Position numbers and translations under genes: made by a program. Positions 10,925 through 20,494 of a stretch of DNA of 64,000 bases are shown piece by piece (the stretch's first letter is position 1; the number at the start of each line of letters is the position of its first letter). The notes below the pieces were generated by a model. It worked only from the letters and a program-made list of their open reading frames with translations. It had not been told where the DNA came from and did no database searches. Origin of the DNA: Candidatus Eremiobacteraceae bacterium (GTDB lineage Bacteria; Acidobacteriota; Terriglobia; Acidiferrales; UBA7541); the NCBI GenBank assembly GCA_035622555.1, contig DASPVD010000105.1, positions 115 through 64,114 on the forward strand, written 5' to 3'.

Positions 10925-13900
10925 ATGAGTTCGCCAGTGGACCATGCGCAGGAAGCAGCGACGCCGGAAACGAAGTTGCCATGGTTTCAGCGGCTGTCGC
11001 GACCGATTCTGTTCCTGACGATCAGCCTGGCGCTGGTGGGAGCGTATTTGGCGTTTAGCATCCCGGTGGCGGTGTTCCCGAATACGGATTTTCCGCGAAT
11101 CGTGATCGGGGTAGACAACGGGGTAACGCCGATCGATCAGATGCTGGTGACCATCACGCGGCCATTGGAAGAGGCGGTCAATAGCGTGCCGGGATTGCAG
11201 AAGGTGTGGTCCACGACGAGCCGAGGGTCGGCGGAAGTGGATCTGTTCTTCGACTGGGATTCAGACATGATCCTGACGCTGCAGCGGGTGGATGCGGTGG
11301 TGGCGCGGCTGCAAGCGGAGCTGCCGCCAAGCGCGAAAGTGGAAACGCACCGGATGACGTTTGCGGGTTTTCCGATCATAGGGTACAGCCTGACGTCGGA
11401 TACGGTTCCACAGAGCAAGTTATGGGAGATTGCGACGTATGACCTGAAGCCGCGAATGAACCGGCTAGATGGGGTAGCGACGGTAGTGGTGCAGGGCGGG
11501 CGAGTTCCGGAGTTTCAAGTGACGCCCGATCCGGCGAGGCTGCTGAGCGCCGGTATTACCGTGCCCGACATTCTCGAGGCAATTCGGCGCACCAACCTGA
11601 TCGATTCTCCGGGATTGATCGATCACGATCACCACCTCGTGCTGGGGCTGGTGAGTGGACAGGTGCGCACGCCGGAACAGATTGGACAGATTGTGGTGAA
11701 GAACTCGGCGGCGGGCCTGCCTATCCGGCTGGGAGACATAGGGAGAATTGCGCCGTCGGTGGCGCCGAGCTACACGCTAGTGACGGCGAACGGCAAACCG
11801 GCGGTGTTGGTGAATGTGAACCGGCAACCGACCAGCAATACGCTGCAAGTAGCCAACGAAGTACACGGGTTGATTCAGGAGCTCGCGCCGAGTTTGCCGG
11901 CGGGGGTGCATCTGGAGCCGTTCTACGACCAGTCGACGCTGGTGCGGGATTCCATAGGCAGCGTGCGCGATGCGGTGCTGGTGGGAATCATACTTTCGTC
12001 GGTGATTCTGGTGTTGTTCCTGAGGGATTGGGGAACGTCGTTGGTGGCGGGCCTGGTGATCCCGGTTACCTTGCTGATCACTTTTGTAGTGCTGAAGGTA
12101 ACGAACCAGAGCTTCAACCTGATGACGTTAGGAGGGCTGGCAGCGGCGGTAGGGCTAGTGATCGACGATGCGATCGTGGTGCTGGAGAACATCGTGTTGC
12201 ACCGGGACGCCGGACAGGGGCGAGTGCAAGCGATCCAAAGCGCGCTGCGGGAGTTAACAATTCCGCTGATCGGATCGACGATAACGCCGATTGTGGTGTT
12301 CGTGCCACTGATCTACATCACCGGTGTGACAGGGAGTTTTTTCCGAGCGCTGGCGATCACGATGACAGTAGCACTGCTGACGTCGCTGGTTTTGGCGCTT
12401 TGCTGGACGCCAACGCTCAGCCAGTATTTGGTGCGGCGGAGGGACACAGCGGGGAGCGCGAAAGAGGAGCCTGTAGATGTGTCGACGTTGTTGGCGGCGG
12501 AAGAGGCGCACCTGTCGGGCACATTCGGGCGGGTAGTGGATTTCTACGGGAGGGTGATGCAAGGGTTGTTGAGAAGGCCGGTGGTGCTGGCGGGAAGTTG
12601 CGTGGCGATTATTGTGCTGGCTGGGGTGTGCTACGACTTCCTGGATACGGGATTGCTACCGGAAATGGATGAAGGAGGTTTCATCCTGGACTACTACACG
12701 CCGCCCGGAAGTTCGCTGGGGGAGTCGAATCGCATTCTGCTGCACATTGAAGAGATTCTGCACAACACGCCGGAAGTGGAGAGCACCTCGCGGCGCACCG
12801 GGTTGCAGTTAGGCCCAGCGGCGGTGACGGAAGCCAACAACGGCGACTTTACGGTGAAGTTGAAGAAGGATCGCAAGCGGGACGTGGAAGAAATCATTTC
12901 GGATGTGCGCGCGGAGATCAAGAAGAGCGAGCCGGCCGCGGACGTGGAGTTTGTGCAGCTTCTGCAGGACATGATTGGAGACCTGACCAGTCAACCGGAA
13001 CCGGTGGTCATCAAGCTGTTCTCGCCGGATGGCAAGCTGCTGAACGAAACGGCGCCAAAAGTGGGCGACGCGATTGCCAAGATTCATGGTGTTGTGGACG
13101 TGCTGGACGGAGTAGAGAACACCATCAGCGGACCGACAGTGACGTATCAGGTGAATCCGACAGTGGCGGCGCGGGCGGGGTTTACTCCCGAGGAAGTAGC
13201 ACTGGACGCCTCGGCGGTGCTGGAAGGCGAACCAGCAATAACGCCGGTGATTCAGAATGACCGCGCGTATACCATCCGGGTGCGCTTTCCGGAGCAAAAC
13301 CGGGCTTCGCTGGAGAGCATGAACAACACATTGCTGGCGAGCGCCAGCGGGCATGCGGCCACGCTGGGTTCACTGGCGACGATTTCGAGGGATCCCGGGG
13401 AGACGGAGATTCGGCGGGAGAATCTGCAACGGGTAGTGCAAGTGACCGCGCGGTTTGAGGGCTTGGATTTTAGCAACGGAATGGCGGCGGTGAAGAAGGC
13501 GGTGAGGGATGTGCATTTGCCATCGTCGATACGAGTGGAATACGGAGGGCTATACGCGGAGCAGCAAAAATCATTCGGGGACCTGTTGATGGTGCTGTTT
13601 CTGGCGTTGTTACTGTTATTTACGGTGTTGCTGTTTGAGTTTCGGACGTTCGCGGCGCCGACGGCGATTTTGGCATCCGCGCTGCTGTCGAGCTTTGGAG
13701 GATTTTTGGGGTTGTTGGTGACGAGGACCGCGTTCAATGTAGCGTCGTTCATGGGCATGATCATGGTCATCGGGATCGTGGCCAAGAACGGCATCTTGCT
13801 GCTGGACGCGGACCAACGCTTCCGCAAACTGGGATACAGTCCGGAAGTGGCGCTGGTGCAGGCAGGCCGGCGACGCTTGCGGCCGATTGTCATGACCGCG

Positions 13901-14083
13901 TTGGCGACGATCGCGGGGATGTTTCCGTTGGCGCTGGCGATCGGATCGGGGTCGCAAATGCTGCAACCGCTGGCGATCGCGGTGATCGGGGGACTGCTGA
14001 GCTCGATGGTGTTGTCGCTGATATTCACGCCTACGATTCACTACTATTTGGATCGGGGAAAGGGCAGCATGGCTGCGGCCTGA
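10925..14083 (+). CDS. RND efflux permease (AcrB/CzcA superfamily)
   Basis: GLVIDDAIVVLEN, LPEMDEG, IGIVAKNGILL, RRLRPIVMT, PLAIAVIGGL. Confidence 0.93.
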   Translation: MSSPVDHAQEAATPETKLPWFQRLSRPILFLTISLALVGAYLAFSIPVAVFPNTDFPRIVIGVDNGVTPIDQMLVTITRPLEEAVNSVPGLQKVWSTTSRGSAEVDLFFDWDSDMILTLQRVDAVVARLQAELPPSAKVETHRMTFAGFPIIGYSLTSDTVPQSKLWEIATYDLKPRMNRLDGVATVVVQGGRVPEFQVTPDPARLLSAGITVPDILEAIRRTNLIDSPGLIDHDHHLVLGLVSGQVRTPEQIGQIVVKNSAAGLPIRLGDIGRIAPSVAPSYTLVTANGKPAVLVNVNRQPTSNTLQVANEVHGLIQELAPSLPAGVHLEPFYDQSTLVRDSIGSVRDAVLVGIILSSVILVLFLRDWGTSLVAGLVIPVTLLITFVVLKVTNQSFNLMTLGGLAAAVGLVIDDAIVVLENIVLHRDAGQGRVQAIQSALRELTIPLIGSTITPIVVFVPLIYITGVTGSFFRALAITMTVALLTSLVLALCWTPTLSQYLVRRRDTAGSAKEEPVDVSTLLAAEEAHLSGTFGRVVDFYGRVMQGLLRRPVVLAGSCVAIIVLAGVCYDFLDTGLLPEMDEGGFILDYYTPPGSSLGESNRILLHIEEILHNTPEVESTSRRTGLQLGPAAVTEANNGDFTVKLKKDRKRDVEEIISDVRAEIKKSEPAADVEFVQLLQDMIGDLTSQPEPVVIKLFSPDGKLLNETAPKVGDAIAKIHGVVDVLDGVENTISGPTVTYQVNPTVAARAGFTPEEVALDASAVLEGEPAITPVIQNDRAYTIRVRFPEQNRASLESMNNTLLASASGHAATLGSLATISRDPGETEIRRENLQRVVQVTARFEGLDFSNGMAAVKKAVRDVHLPSSIRVEYGGLYAEQQKSFGDLLMVLFLALLLLFTVLLFEFRTFAAPTAILASALLSSFGGFLGLLVTRTAFNVASFMGMIMVIGIVAKNGILLLDADQRFRKLGYSPEVALVQAGRRRLRPIVMTALATIAGMFPLALAIGSGSQMLQPLAIAVIGGLLSSMVLSLIFTPTIHYYLDRGKGSMAAA

Positions 14084-14137
14084 TGCATTCAGGCAGGAAG
14101 ACACGGGTCACTGGCAGCGAGTGGCGAGAAGGAGCGG

Positions 14138-14187
14138 CCAACCCTTTGCCGCCGAGGCGGACAGAATCCGCAAAGGGTAGGCCAGCC
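14138..14187. repeat. REP-like hairpin between convergent genes
   Basis: ACCCTTTGC...GCAAAGGGT inverted repeat. Confidence 0.55.
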
Positions 14188-14263
14188 CTGGTCCCTTTCG
14201 AGATGGATCCACAAAGAAGCGTTGAGATCTAAGCGACAGGCTTCGGAGCGGAAGCGGCGAAGT

Positions 14264-14680
14264 TCAATGGGCCATGCGGCCAAAATACCTTTGCACCGCT
14301 TGAAGATACTGGCCCACTTTGCTTTTCAAATTCGACAAGCGCTCCGCACTCTCTTCGGGCTCGAAGTCTTCGATGTGCTTCAGCAAGGTTCCCTTTTCGT
14401 GGCCCTCGAATATCTGGATGATTAGGGAATATCCGGCAGGAGAAGACACCGTTCGCGGTGTGAGAAAAGTGAACGCCTCTGGGATGATAATTTTCTCGGA
14501 CTCCAGTTCCCATTTCCCGACCTTCATTTTGTAGCGGGTCAGCCGCTCGCTTGCAAATGTGGTCTGAAACTCAATGCCTAGGTCCGGCTGGCTTTTGTTT
14601 ATGAAATCAATGGCCGTCATCTCGGCAAACGCTGTTTCCCTGGAACAGGATAGAACGACTTGCTCACAGATTCTTGGCAT
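14264..14680 (-). CDS. Hypothetical protein, possible SRPBCC/START-like fold
   Basis: AGGGGA RBS before ATG 14680; N-terminal strand-helix, beta-rich core and C-terminal amphipathic helix; more AT-rich than neighbours. Confidence 0.6.
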   Translation of the reverse strand: MPRICEQVVLSCSRETAFAEMTAIDFINKSQPDLGIEFQTTFASERLTRYKMKVGKWELESEKIIIPEAFTFLTPRTVSSPAGYSLIIQIFEGHEKGTLLKHIEDFEPEESAERLSNLKSKVGQYLQAVQRYFGRMAH

Positions 14681-14871
14681 GATGTGGTCCCCTTGTAACT
14701 CAGGCCCGTATACCACCCCAGAGCATAAACTTCCACGCTGCACATCACAGACAACCGTCAGTTCTGAGATTAGCCGCTAGATTCACTTTGAAGTTGATAG
14801 GCATACAAGGCCCCCGCGTGGCGGCGTTCGCGTCGATCGAAGCGGGGCGTTGGACACTGGTTTGTAATGCG

Positions 14872-14890
14872 GCATTCACCAAGCATTCAC
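14872..14890 (+). promoter_or_regulatory. Direct repeat GCATTCAC-N3-GCATTCAC (11-bp period), putative OmpR-type autoregulatory box
   Basis: Perfect 8-bp direct repeat 35 bp upstream of a response regulator ATG. Confidence 0.55.
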
Positions 14891-14924
14891 ACAAGGTCAA
14901 TTAGTATCGGCGCAGAGATTCCCG

Positions 14925-15605
14925 ATGCATGTATTAATCGTCGAAGATGAGCCGGAGATGGCGCAGCTTCTGGCCAAGGGCTTGCGCGAAGAGCAGTTCG
15001 AGATCAGCCTGGCGCGCGACGGGCGCACGGCGCTGGAGAAGTCTGAACAGACGGACTTTGACGTGATCCTGCTGGACGTGATGCTGCCGCAGATGAATGG
15101 TTTGGAAGTGGCGAGGCGGCTGAGGCACCGCGAGCAGGACACGCCGGTGTTGATGCTGACAGCGCGGGATGCGGTTCCGGACATCATCAATGGGTTGAAT
15201 GCGGGCGCCGACGATTACCTGACCAAGCCGTTTTCGTTTCTGGAATTGCTGGCGCGGATACGCGCACTGGTGCGGCGGCAGCAGATTCGGCGGAAGAACG
15301 TGCTGGAGCTGGGGGACCTGGTGTTGGACCTGACGACGCTGCGAGCGTTTCGGAAAGGCCAGGAGATCCACCTGTCGCACACGGAATACCGGCTGCTGGA
15401 GTTGCTGGTGCGAAATACGGGGCGAGTGGTGACGCGAGGAGAGATCCTGGGCACGATCTGGGGGCAGGGACGGGAAGTGACGGAAAATACGCTGGACGCG
15501 TTTGTGCGGCTGCTGCGGAAGAAGATCGACCAGGAGTTTGAGGTCAAGCTGCTGCACACGCACCGTGGATTTGGATACTCAGCCGAGGTGGGGAAGGGGC
15601 AGTGA
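14925..15605 (+). CDS. OmpR-family response regulator
   Basis: LIVEDE, LLDVMLP, MLTARD, GADDYLTKPF, HTHRGFGY. Confidence 0.93.
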   Translation: MHVLIVEDEPEMAQLLAKGLREEQFEISLARDGRTALEKSEQTDFDVILLDVMLPQMNGLEVARRLRHREQDTPVLMLTARDAVPDIINGLNAGADDYLTKPFSFLELLARIRALVRRQQIRRKNVLELGDLVLDLTTLRAFRKGQEIHLSHTEYRLLELLVRNTGRVVTRGEILGTIWGQGREVTENTLDAFVRLLRKKIDQEFEVKLLHTHRGFGYSAEVGKGQ

Positions 15606-17071
15606 AAGGCGCAGTGAAACTAACCATACGGGCGCGGCTGACGATTTTGTATTTTCTTGTATTGGCCGCATCGTTCGTGGCGTTCTTCTGGATTTGTGAT
15701 TATGGATTCCGGCGTGGAATCGAAACCACGGTGAACGACGCTTCGCGCAGCAATCTGGAAATCGTCCAGCGAGTGCTGACGCTGTCAGCAAATAAAGGCA
15801 CGCCAAAAATCGAGAAAGAGCTGGGGGAGCTGTCACAACTGTGGGCCAATGGGGCGATTTTCCAGGTGTCCGAAGGAGACGGCTCGTGGCTGTTCCGTTC
15901 ACCGCGGTTTCTGCTGCCACAATCGCCGTTACCGGGGCCGCCAGAGCAAGGCGTGTCGTTTCTGACGCGCAATCTGGATAGCCAGCAATACCGGATCGCG
16001 CAGACGAGCGCGGAGATCAACGGACGGCAATTCCGACTGAGCGCGGCGGTACCGACGGAACCGTTCGATCAGGCGCTGGACCGGTTTCGGCTGATCGAAA
16101 AGCAGTTTCTGCCAATGCTGGTGGTGCTGGCATCGCTGCTGGGGTACTGGTTGAGCGGGCGAGCGCTGGCGCCAGTGAACCGGATCATCGAATCGGCGGA
16201 ACAAATTGGATTGCAAAACCTGTCGCAAAGGCTGGAAGTGCCGAAAGCGGCAGATGAGCTGCAACGGCTGACGGTGACGCTGAATGCGATGCTGGAGCGC
16301 ATCGAGTCGTCGGTGACGCGTATCCGGCAATTCACGGCAAACGCGTCGCATGATTTGCGGACGCCGCTTTCGCTGATTCGCACGCACGCCGAGTTGGCGT
16401 TGCGGCGAACGAGGCGGGAGAGTGAATACCGCGAATCGTTGGCGAGGATATTGAGCATTTCGGAAGAGACGACACAGTTGGTGGAAGCGCTGCTGACATT
16501 GGCGCGGGCCGATGCCCGAGCAGCGAATCTGCGGATGGTGGAGGTAGACCTGGCGCCGTTGCTACAGAAAAGCGGGCAGCAGGTGGCGGTGCTGGCGCAA
16601 ACCAAGAATCTGGCGTTTACGAGTGGCTTAGCGGAAGGGCCAATGCAGGTGCACGGGGATGGCGCAGCGCTGGAAAGTTTGTTCCGCGCGGTGTTGGACA
16701 ACGCGCTGAAGTACACGCCGAGCGGGGGATTTGTGCAGCTTCGGTCGCTGGTGAGATCGGGCGAAGCGATGGTGGAAGTGGAGGACAGCGGGGTTGGGAT
16801 AGCGAGCCAAGACCTTCCGAAAATATTTGACCGATTCTACCGGGCGGACCAGTCGCGGTCGCGGGAAGTGCCGGGGTCGGGGCTGGGGCTGTCGATTGCG
16901 CGGTGGATCGCGGAGAGGCACAAGGGGCGGATCGAAGTGGAGAGCCAACAAGGGGTGGGTTCGCTGTTTCGGGTGGTGCTGCCGTTAGTATCGAAAGCTG
17001 GGCAAGGGGAATGGGAAGCGGGAGAAGAGGTTGATGCCCAGCCAGACGCCGCTGAAAAACCTTTCAGATGA
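15602..17071 (+). CDS. HAMP sensor histidine kinase
   Basis: Two TMs, ASHDLRTP, DNALKYT, DSGVGI, GSGLGLSI; GTGA overlap. Confidence 0.92.
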   Translation: MKGAVKLTIRARLTILYFLVLAASFVAFFWICDYGFRRGIETTVNDASRSNLEIVQRVLTLSANKGTPKIEKELGELSQLWANGAIFQVSEGDGSWLFRSPRFLLPQSPLPGPPEQGVSFLTRNLDSQQYRIAQTSAEINGRQFRLSAAVPTEPFDQALDRFRLIEKQFLPMLVVLASLLGYWLSGRALAPVNRIIESAEQIGLQNLSQRLEVPKAADELQRLTVTLNAMLERIESSVTRIRQFTANASHDLRTPLSLIRTHAELALRRTRRESEYRESLARILSISEETTQLVEALLTLARADARAANLRMVEVDLAPLLQKSGQQVAVLAQTKNLAFTSGLAEGPMQVHGDGAALESLFRAVLDNALKYTPSGGFVQLRSLVRSGEAMVEVEDSGVGIASQDLPKIFDRFYRADQSRSREVPGSGLGLSIARWIAERHKGRIEVESQQGVGSLFRVVLPLVSKAGQGEWEAGEEVDAQPDAAEKPFR

Positions 17072-17078
17072 AAGTCCT

Positions 17079-17127
17079 TTCAGGGCTTTTTTAATCACTT
17101 GTTTACCAACGTTCATCGGAGCTTAAG
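17079..17127 (+). promoter_or_regulatory. Phased TTnAn half-site array upstream of the TonB-dependent receptor
   Basis: TTCAG 17079, TTAAT 17091, TTTAC 17102, TTCAT 17112, TTAAG 17123 (10-12 bp spacing). Confidence 0.4.
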
Positions 17128-17379
17128 CAGATGCGGGCCTAATTGGGGCAAGCCAGTAGTCCTCGTGCTGTTCCCACAAACCGGTGGTAGGGATTTGGCC
17201 CGGGGTGTACAGGTTCAGGGCGCGAGTTCTGCGAAGCGCAAATCTGAAAACAGTGACAAAGCGTTTGCGGCAGGTGAGTCGAGGAATCGAGGCGCAAGGG
17301 CCGGCGGGAACAGCGAAGTCCGACGGGATGGCGTGTGCTAAGGCGGAAGTTCGAGGCGGAATTTTCTGGAGGTAACGTC

Positions 17380-20313
17380 ATGACGAGAAGATTTGGCCAG
17401 TGGTTCACGATTCTGGCGGTGATGCTAGCGCTCTGTTCGGCGCAGATGTTGGTGGCGCAAACGGATAAAGGCATCGTGACGGGCCACGTTACAGACCCGT
17501 CCGGGGCGGTTTTGCAAGGGGCGCAAGTGGAGCTACAGCCGACGGGCATCACGGTGGTGTCCAACCAACAAGGCGGGTATTTCATCAACAACCTGCCTCC
17601 CGGCACGTACACGATCACGGTCAGCTATGTGGGGTTTGCGCTGTTCACAAAGTCAGTGAACATCACCGCGGGGCAGAGCACCATCGTAGACGTGAAGATG
17701 GAAGTGTCGTCGCAAAGGGATCAGGTAATCGTGACGGCACAAGCGGCTTCGGGCGAAGCGGAAGCGGTGAACCGAGAAAAGACGGCGGACAACCTGCTGA
17801 ATGTCATGACCAGCGAAGTAATTACGTCGCTGCCGAATGCGACGGTCGCCGATGCGGTGGGGCGTCTACCGGGTGTCAGCCTGGAACGCGACGAAGGCGA
17901 AGGCAAGTACATTCAGGTACGCAGCCTGGAACCGCGGCTGACCAACGCGACGATTGATGGGGTGAACGTGCCGTCGCCAGAGCCGGGGGTTCGTGAAATC
18001 AAATTCGATGCGATGCCGGCAGACTTAGTGGAGTCGGTGGAGGTGAACAAGACGCTGCAAGCGAACATGGACGGGGACGGCATTGGTGGGTCGGTGAACA
18101 TTGTCACCAAAACCGCTGGAGAACGCCCGACGGTTGATCTGTTCGGCAGCGGTGGCACCACGCCAATCATGGGAAACCGAAACGTGCTAATGGCCGGAGG
18201 AACCATAGGGCAGCGCTGGGGCACGGACAAGCGCTGGGGCGCGCTGATTGGCGGATCCTACGATTGGAATGGCCGGGGCATTAATGACATTGAACCAGTT
18301 CCGGACGTGGCGACGTTCGCGGACGGTTCGTCTACACGTTACTTCGATACGATAGACGTTCGCGAATACCAGTACAAACGCAGCCGGTGGGGACTCACGG
18401 GAAGCACCGACTACAAATTGGGAGAGGGGTCAGACATCTACATTCGCGGCATTTATTCGAGCTTCCACGACTTTGGCGACAAATGGGTGTACACCCTGAC
18501 CGACAACACCCAGGGAGTTTCGTTGTTGAGCGCGAATGGTTGTCAGAGCAGCGGAGGAGTGACGGTTGCCCCTTGCACGGGCACGCCGGTTTTCAAGGAA
18601 TCGAATCGGGTGCCGATTTTCAACATTGGGAGTTTGCTGCTGGGCGGGAAACACGTTTTGGCGACCAGCTGGATCTCCTGGGATGTATCGGTGTCGCGTT
18701 CCGAGCAACTCAAGTCTGGGGGAAACGAGGGGGCGGACTGGGCTTCCAACGATACGAACAGCTCCTGCCAATTCAGCCCGGCGTTAACCAAGAGAATATA
18801 TATTCCACAGTGGACGCCCAACTGCTTCAGCGAAGCGTACCAACCCGGGAACTACAGCCTGACAGACATTACGACGTCGTTTGGGAAATCGCCGCAATTG
18901 AACTTACAGTTCGCGGGTGCGGTGGGCAAGCGCTATCACGTGGGTTCGCATCTGGCGACGATTGAGGTGGGCGGAAAATTCCGCAACGGGCACAAGTTCG
19001 ACGATTCGTATACACCGGTTTACGACCCGAATGGATCGATATCGATGGTGCCGTTCATTGGGCGGTTCAAAGACAACAACTATTACTCGGGCAATTATCA
19101 GCTTGGGCCGACGACCGACTGGGCCAAGGTGATCAACTACCTGAACGCCAATCCGTCGCAATTTACGCTGCAGCCAGGAACGGTAGGACCCAATCCCGGG
19201 AATTTCGATTTAGTGGAGAAGGTGTCTGCCGGATACGTGATGAATACCATCGACTTCAACAAGTTTCGATTTGTGGCGGGATTGCGCATTGAGGGAACGG
19301 ACCTGACTACCTACACGTATCAGTGCGATACCACGTGCTTAGCAACTCCTACGCAACAAGGAAGCGTGTCACTGAAGCTCAACGGTTCGTACGTAAATTA
19401 CTTGCCGAGCGCTTCGGTAAGGTACGACCTAGGCCACGACTCCGATATACGGGTGGTATACAGCCGGGCGCTATCCCGGCCGGACCCGCAAGATATAGCG
19501 CAGGCCTTCAGCGTCACGATCAATCAAAACCCGAATCTGCTGTCGCTGGGGAATGCGAATCTGAAGGCCGAGAAGGCCAACAATTACGATGTGCTCTGGG
19601 AGCACTACCTGAAGCCTTACGGGATGATTCAGGGCGGGTTCTTCTACAAGCAACTGTATCTGCCGATCGTCAATCAAGAGACTTACAGGACGAATTACAA
19701 CCCGGATCCGAGCAACCCGCTGTATCCAACAGGAGATTGGCTGATTTCGCAAGCGCTGAATGCCGGGAGCGGTTGGGTTGGCGGGTTTGAATTAGCTTAC
19801 TTGCAACGGTACACGGCGCTGCCGGGGGCGCTTGGGGGCTTTGGGCTGTCGGCGAATTATACGTGGACGAATTCAGCCGCCTGCGGATTACCCGGGCGCT
19901 CGGATTGTCCGAGACTGCTGCGGCAGGCGCCGAACCTATTTAATATCAGCCCGACGTTCGATCATGGCCGGCTGAGTATACGGGTTGGTTTGACTTATAA
20001 CGACCACAGTATCTACGCGTACCAGTATCAGGACGGAACCGGGAGCAGCAATCCGGCCACCGGCGGGGCCGGAGCAACACCTGGCGGCCTGTATGGCCCA
20101 TTCGGCGACAATTATTTGTACTCGCATTTACAACTGGATGCCCAAGGCAGCTATCGACTGAACTACGGGTTCACTGTAATGGCCTACGGGCTCAACCTGA
20201 CCAACGAGGTGTTTGGTTTCTACAACGGCTCACCGCAATACATGGTGCAGCGCGAATATTATGGGCCGACGTTCGCGGCCGGTTTGCGCTGGTCACCGAC
20301 ACACGAGAAGTGA
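17380..20313 (+). CDS. TonB-dependent receptor with N-terminal carboxypeptidase-regulatory-like domain
   Basis: GGAGGT RBS, signal peptide, GHVTDPSGAVL, plug RLPGVSLERDEGEG and SVEVNKT...GGSVNI, barrel GNANLKAE and NLTNE. Confidence 0.92.
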   Translation: MTRRFGQWFTILAVMLALCSAQMLVAQTDKGIVTGHVTDPSGAVLQGAQVELQPTGITVVSNQQGGYFINNLPPGTYTITVSYVGFALFTKSVNITAGQSTIVDVKMEVSSQRDQVIVTAQAASGEAEAVNREKTADNLLNVMTSEVITSLPNATVADAVGRLPGVSLERDEGEGKYIQVRSLEPRLTNATIDGVNVPSPEPGVREIKFDAMPADLVESVEVNKTLQANMDGDGIGGSVNIVTKTAGERPTVDLFGSGGTTPIMGNRNVLMAGGTIGQRWGTDKRWGALIGGSYDWNGRGINDIEPVPDVATFADGSSTRYFDTIDVREYQYKRSRWGLTGSTDYKLGEGSDIYIRGIYSSFHDFGDKWVYTLTDNTQGVSLLSANGCQSSGGVTVAPCTGTPVFKESNRVPIFNIGSLLLGGKHVLATSWISWDVSVSRSEQLKSGGNEGADWASNDTNSSCQFSPALTKRIYIPQWTPNCFSEAYQPGNYSLTDITTSFGKSPQLNLQFAGAVGKRYHVGSHLATIEVGGKFRNGHKFDDSYTPVYDPNGSISMVPFIGRFKDNNYYSGNYQLGPTTDWAKVINYLNANPSQFTLQPGTVGPNPGNFDLVEKVSAGYVMNTIDFNKFRFVAGLRIEGTDLTTYTYQCDTTCLATPTQQGSVSLKLNGSYVNYLPSASVRYDLGHDSDIRVVYSRALSRPDPQDIAQAFSVTINQNPNLLSLGNANLKAEKANNYDVLWEHYLKPYGMIQGGFFYKQLYLPIVNQETYRTNYNPDPSNPLYPTGDWLISQALNAGSGWVGGFELAYLQRYTALPGALGGFGLSANYTWTNSAACGLPGRSDCPRLLRQAPNLFNISPTFDHGRLSIRVGLTYNDHSIYAYQYQDGTGSSNPATGGAGATPGGLYGPFGDNYLYSHLQLDAQGSYRLNYGFTVMAYGLNLTNEVFGFYNGSPQYMVQREYYGPTFAAGLRWSPTHEK

Positions 20314-20415
20314 CAAACGGCTGCGGGGGAGAGGTTCAGCGGCAGCGTAAGTGAGTTCTGGGAACAGGCTGGAGCCAGGTCTGTGCGCTCGTGGACATTG
20401 AGCCTGACTGGCGAA

Positions 20416-20457
20416 TGTAAAGGGAATTTCACCGGAGAATTTAGGTCCCGTTTAGGT
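20416..20457 (+). promoter_or_regulatory. Putative OmpR-type box upstream of the YncE gene
   Basis: TTTAGGT-N4-TTTAGGT (20440, 20451), preceded by TGTAA and TTCAC in phase. Confidence 0.45.
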
Positions 20458-20494
20458 GCGACCGGATATGAAGGTCGCAGTGTAAGGAGGACCC

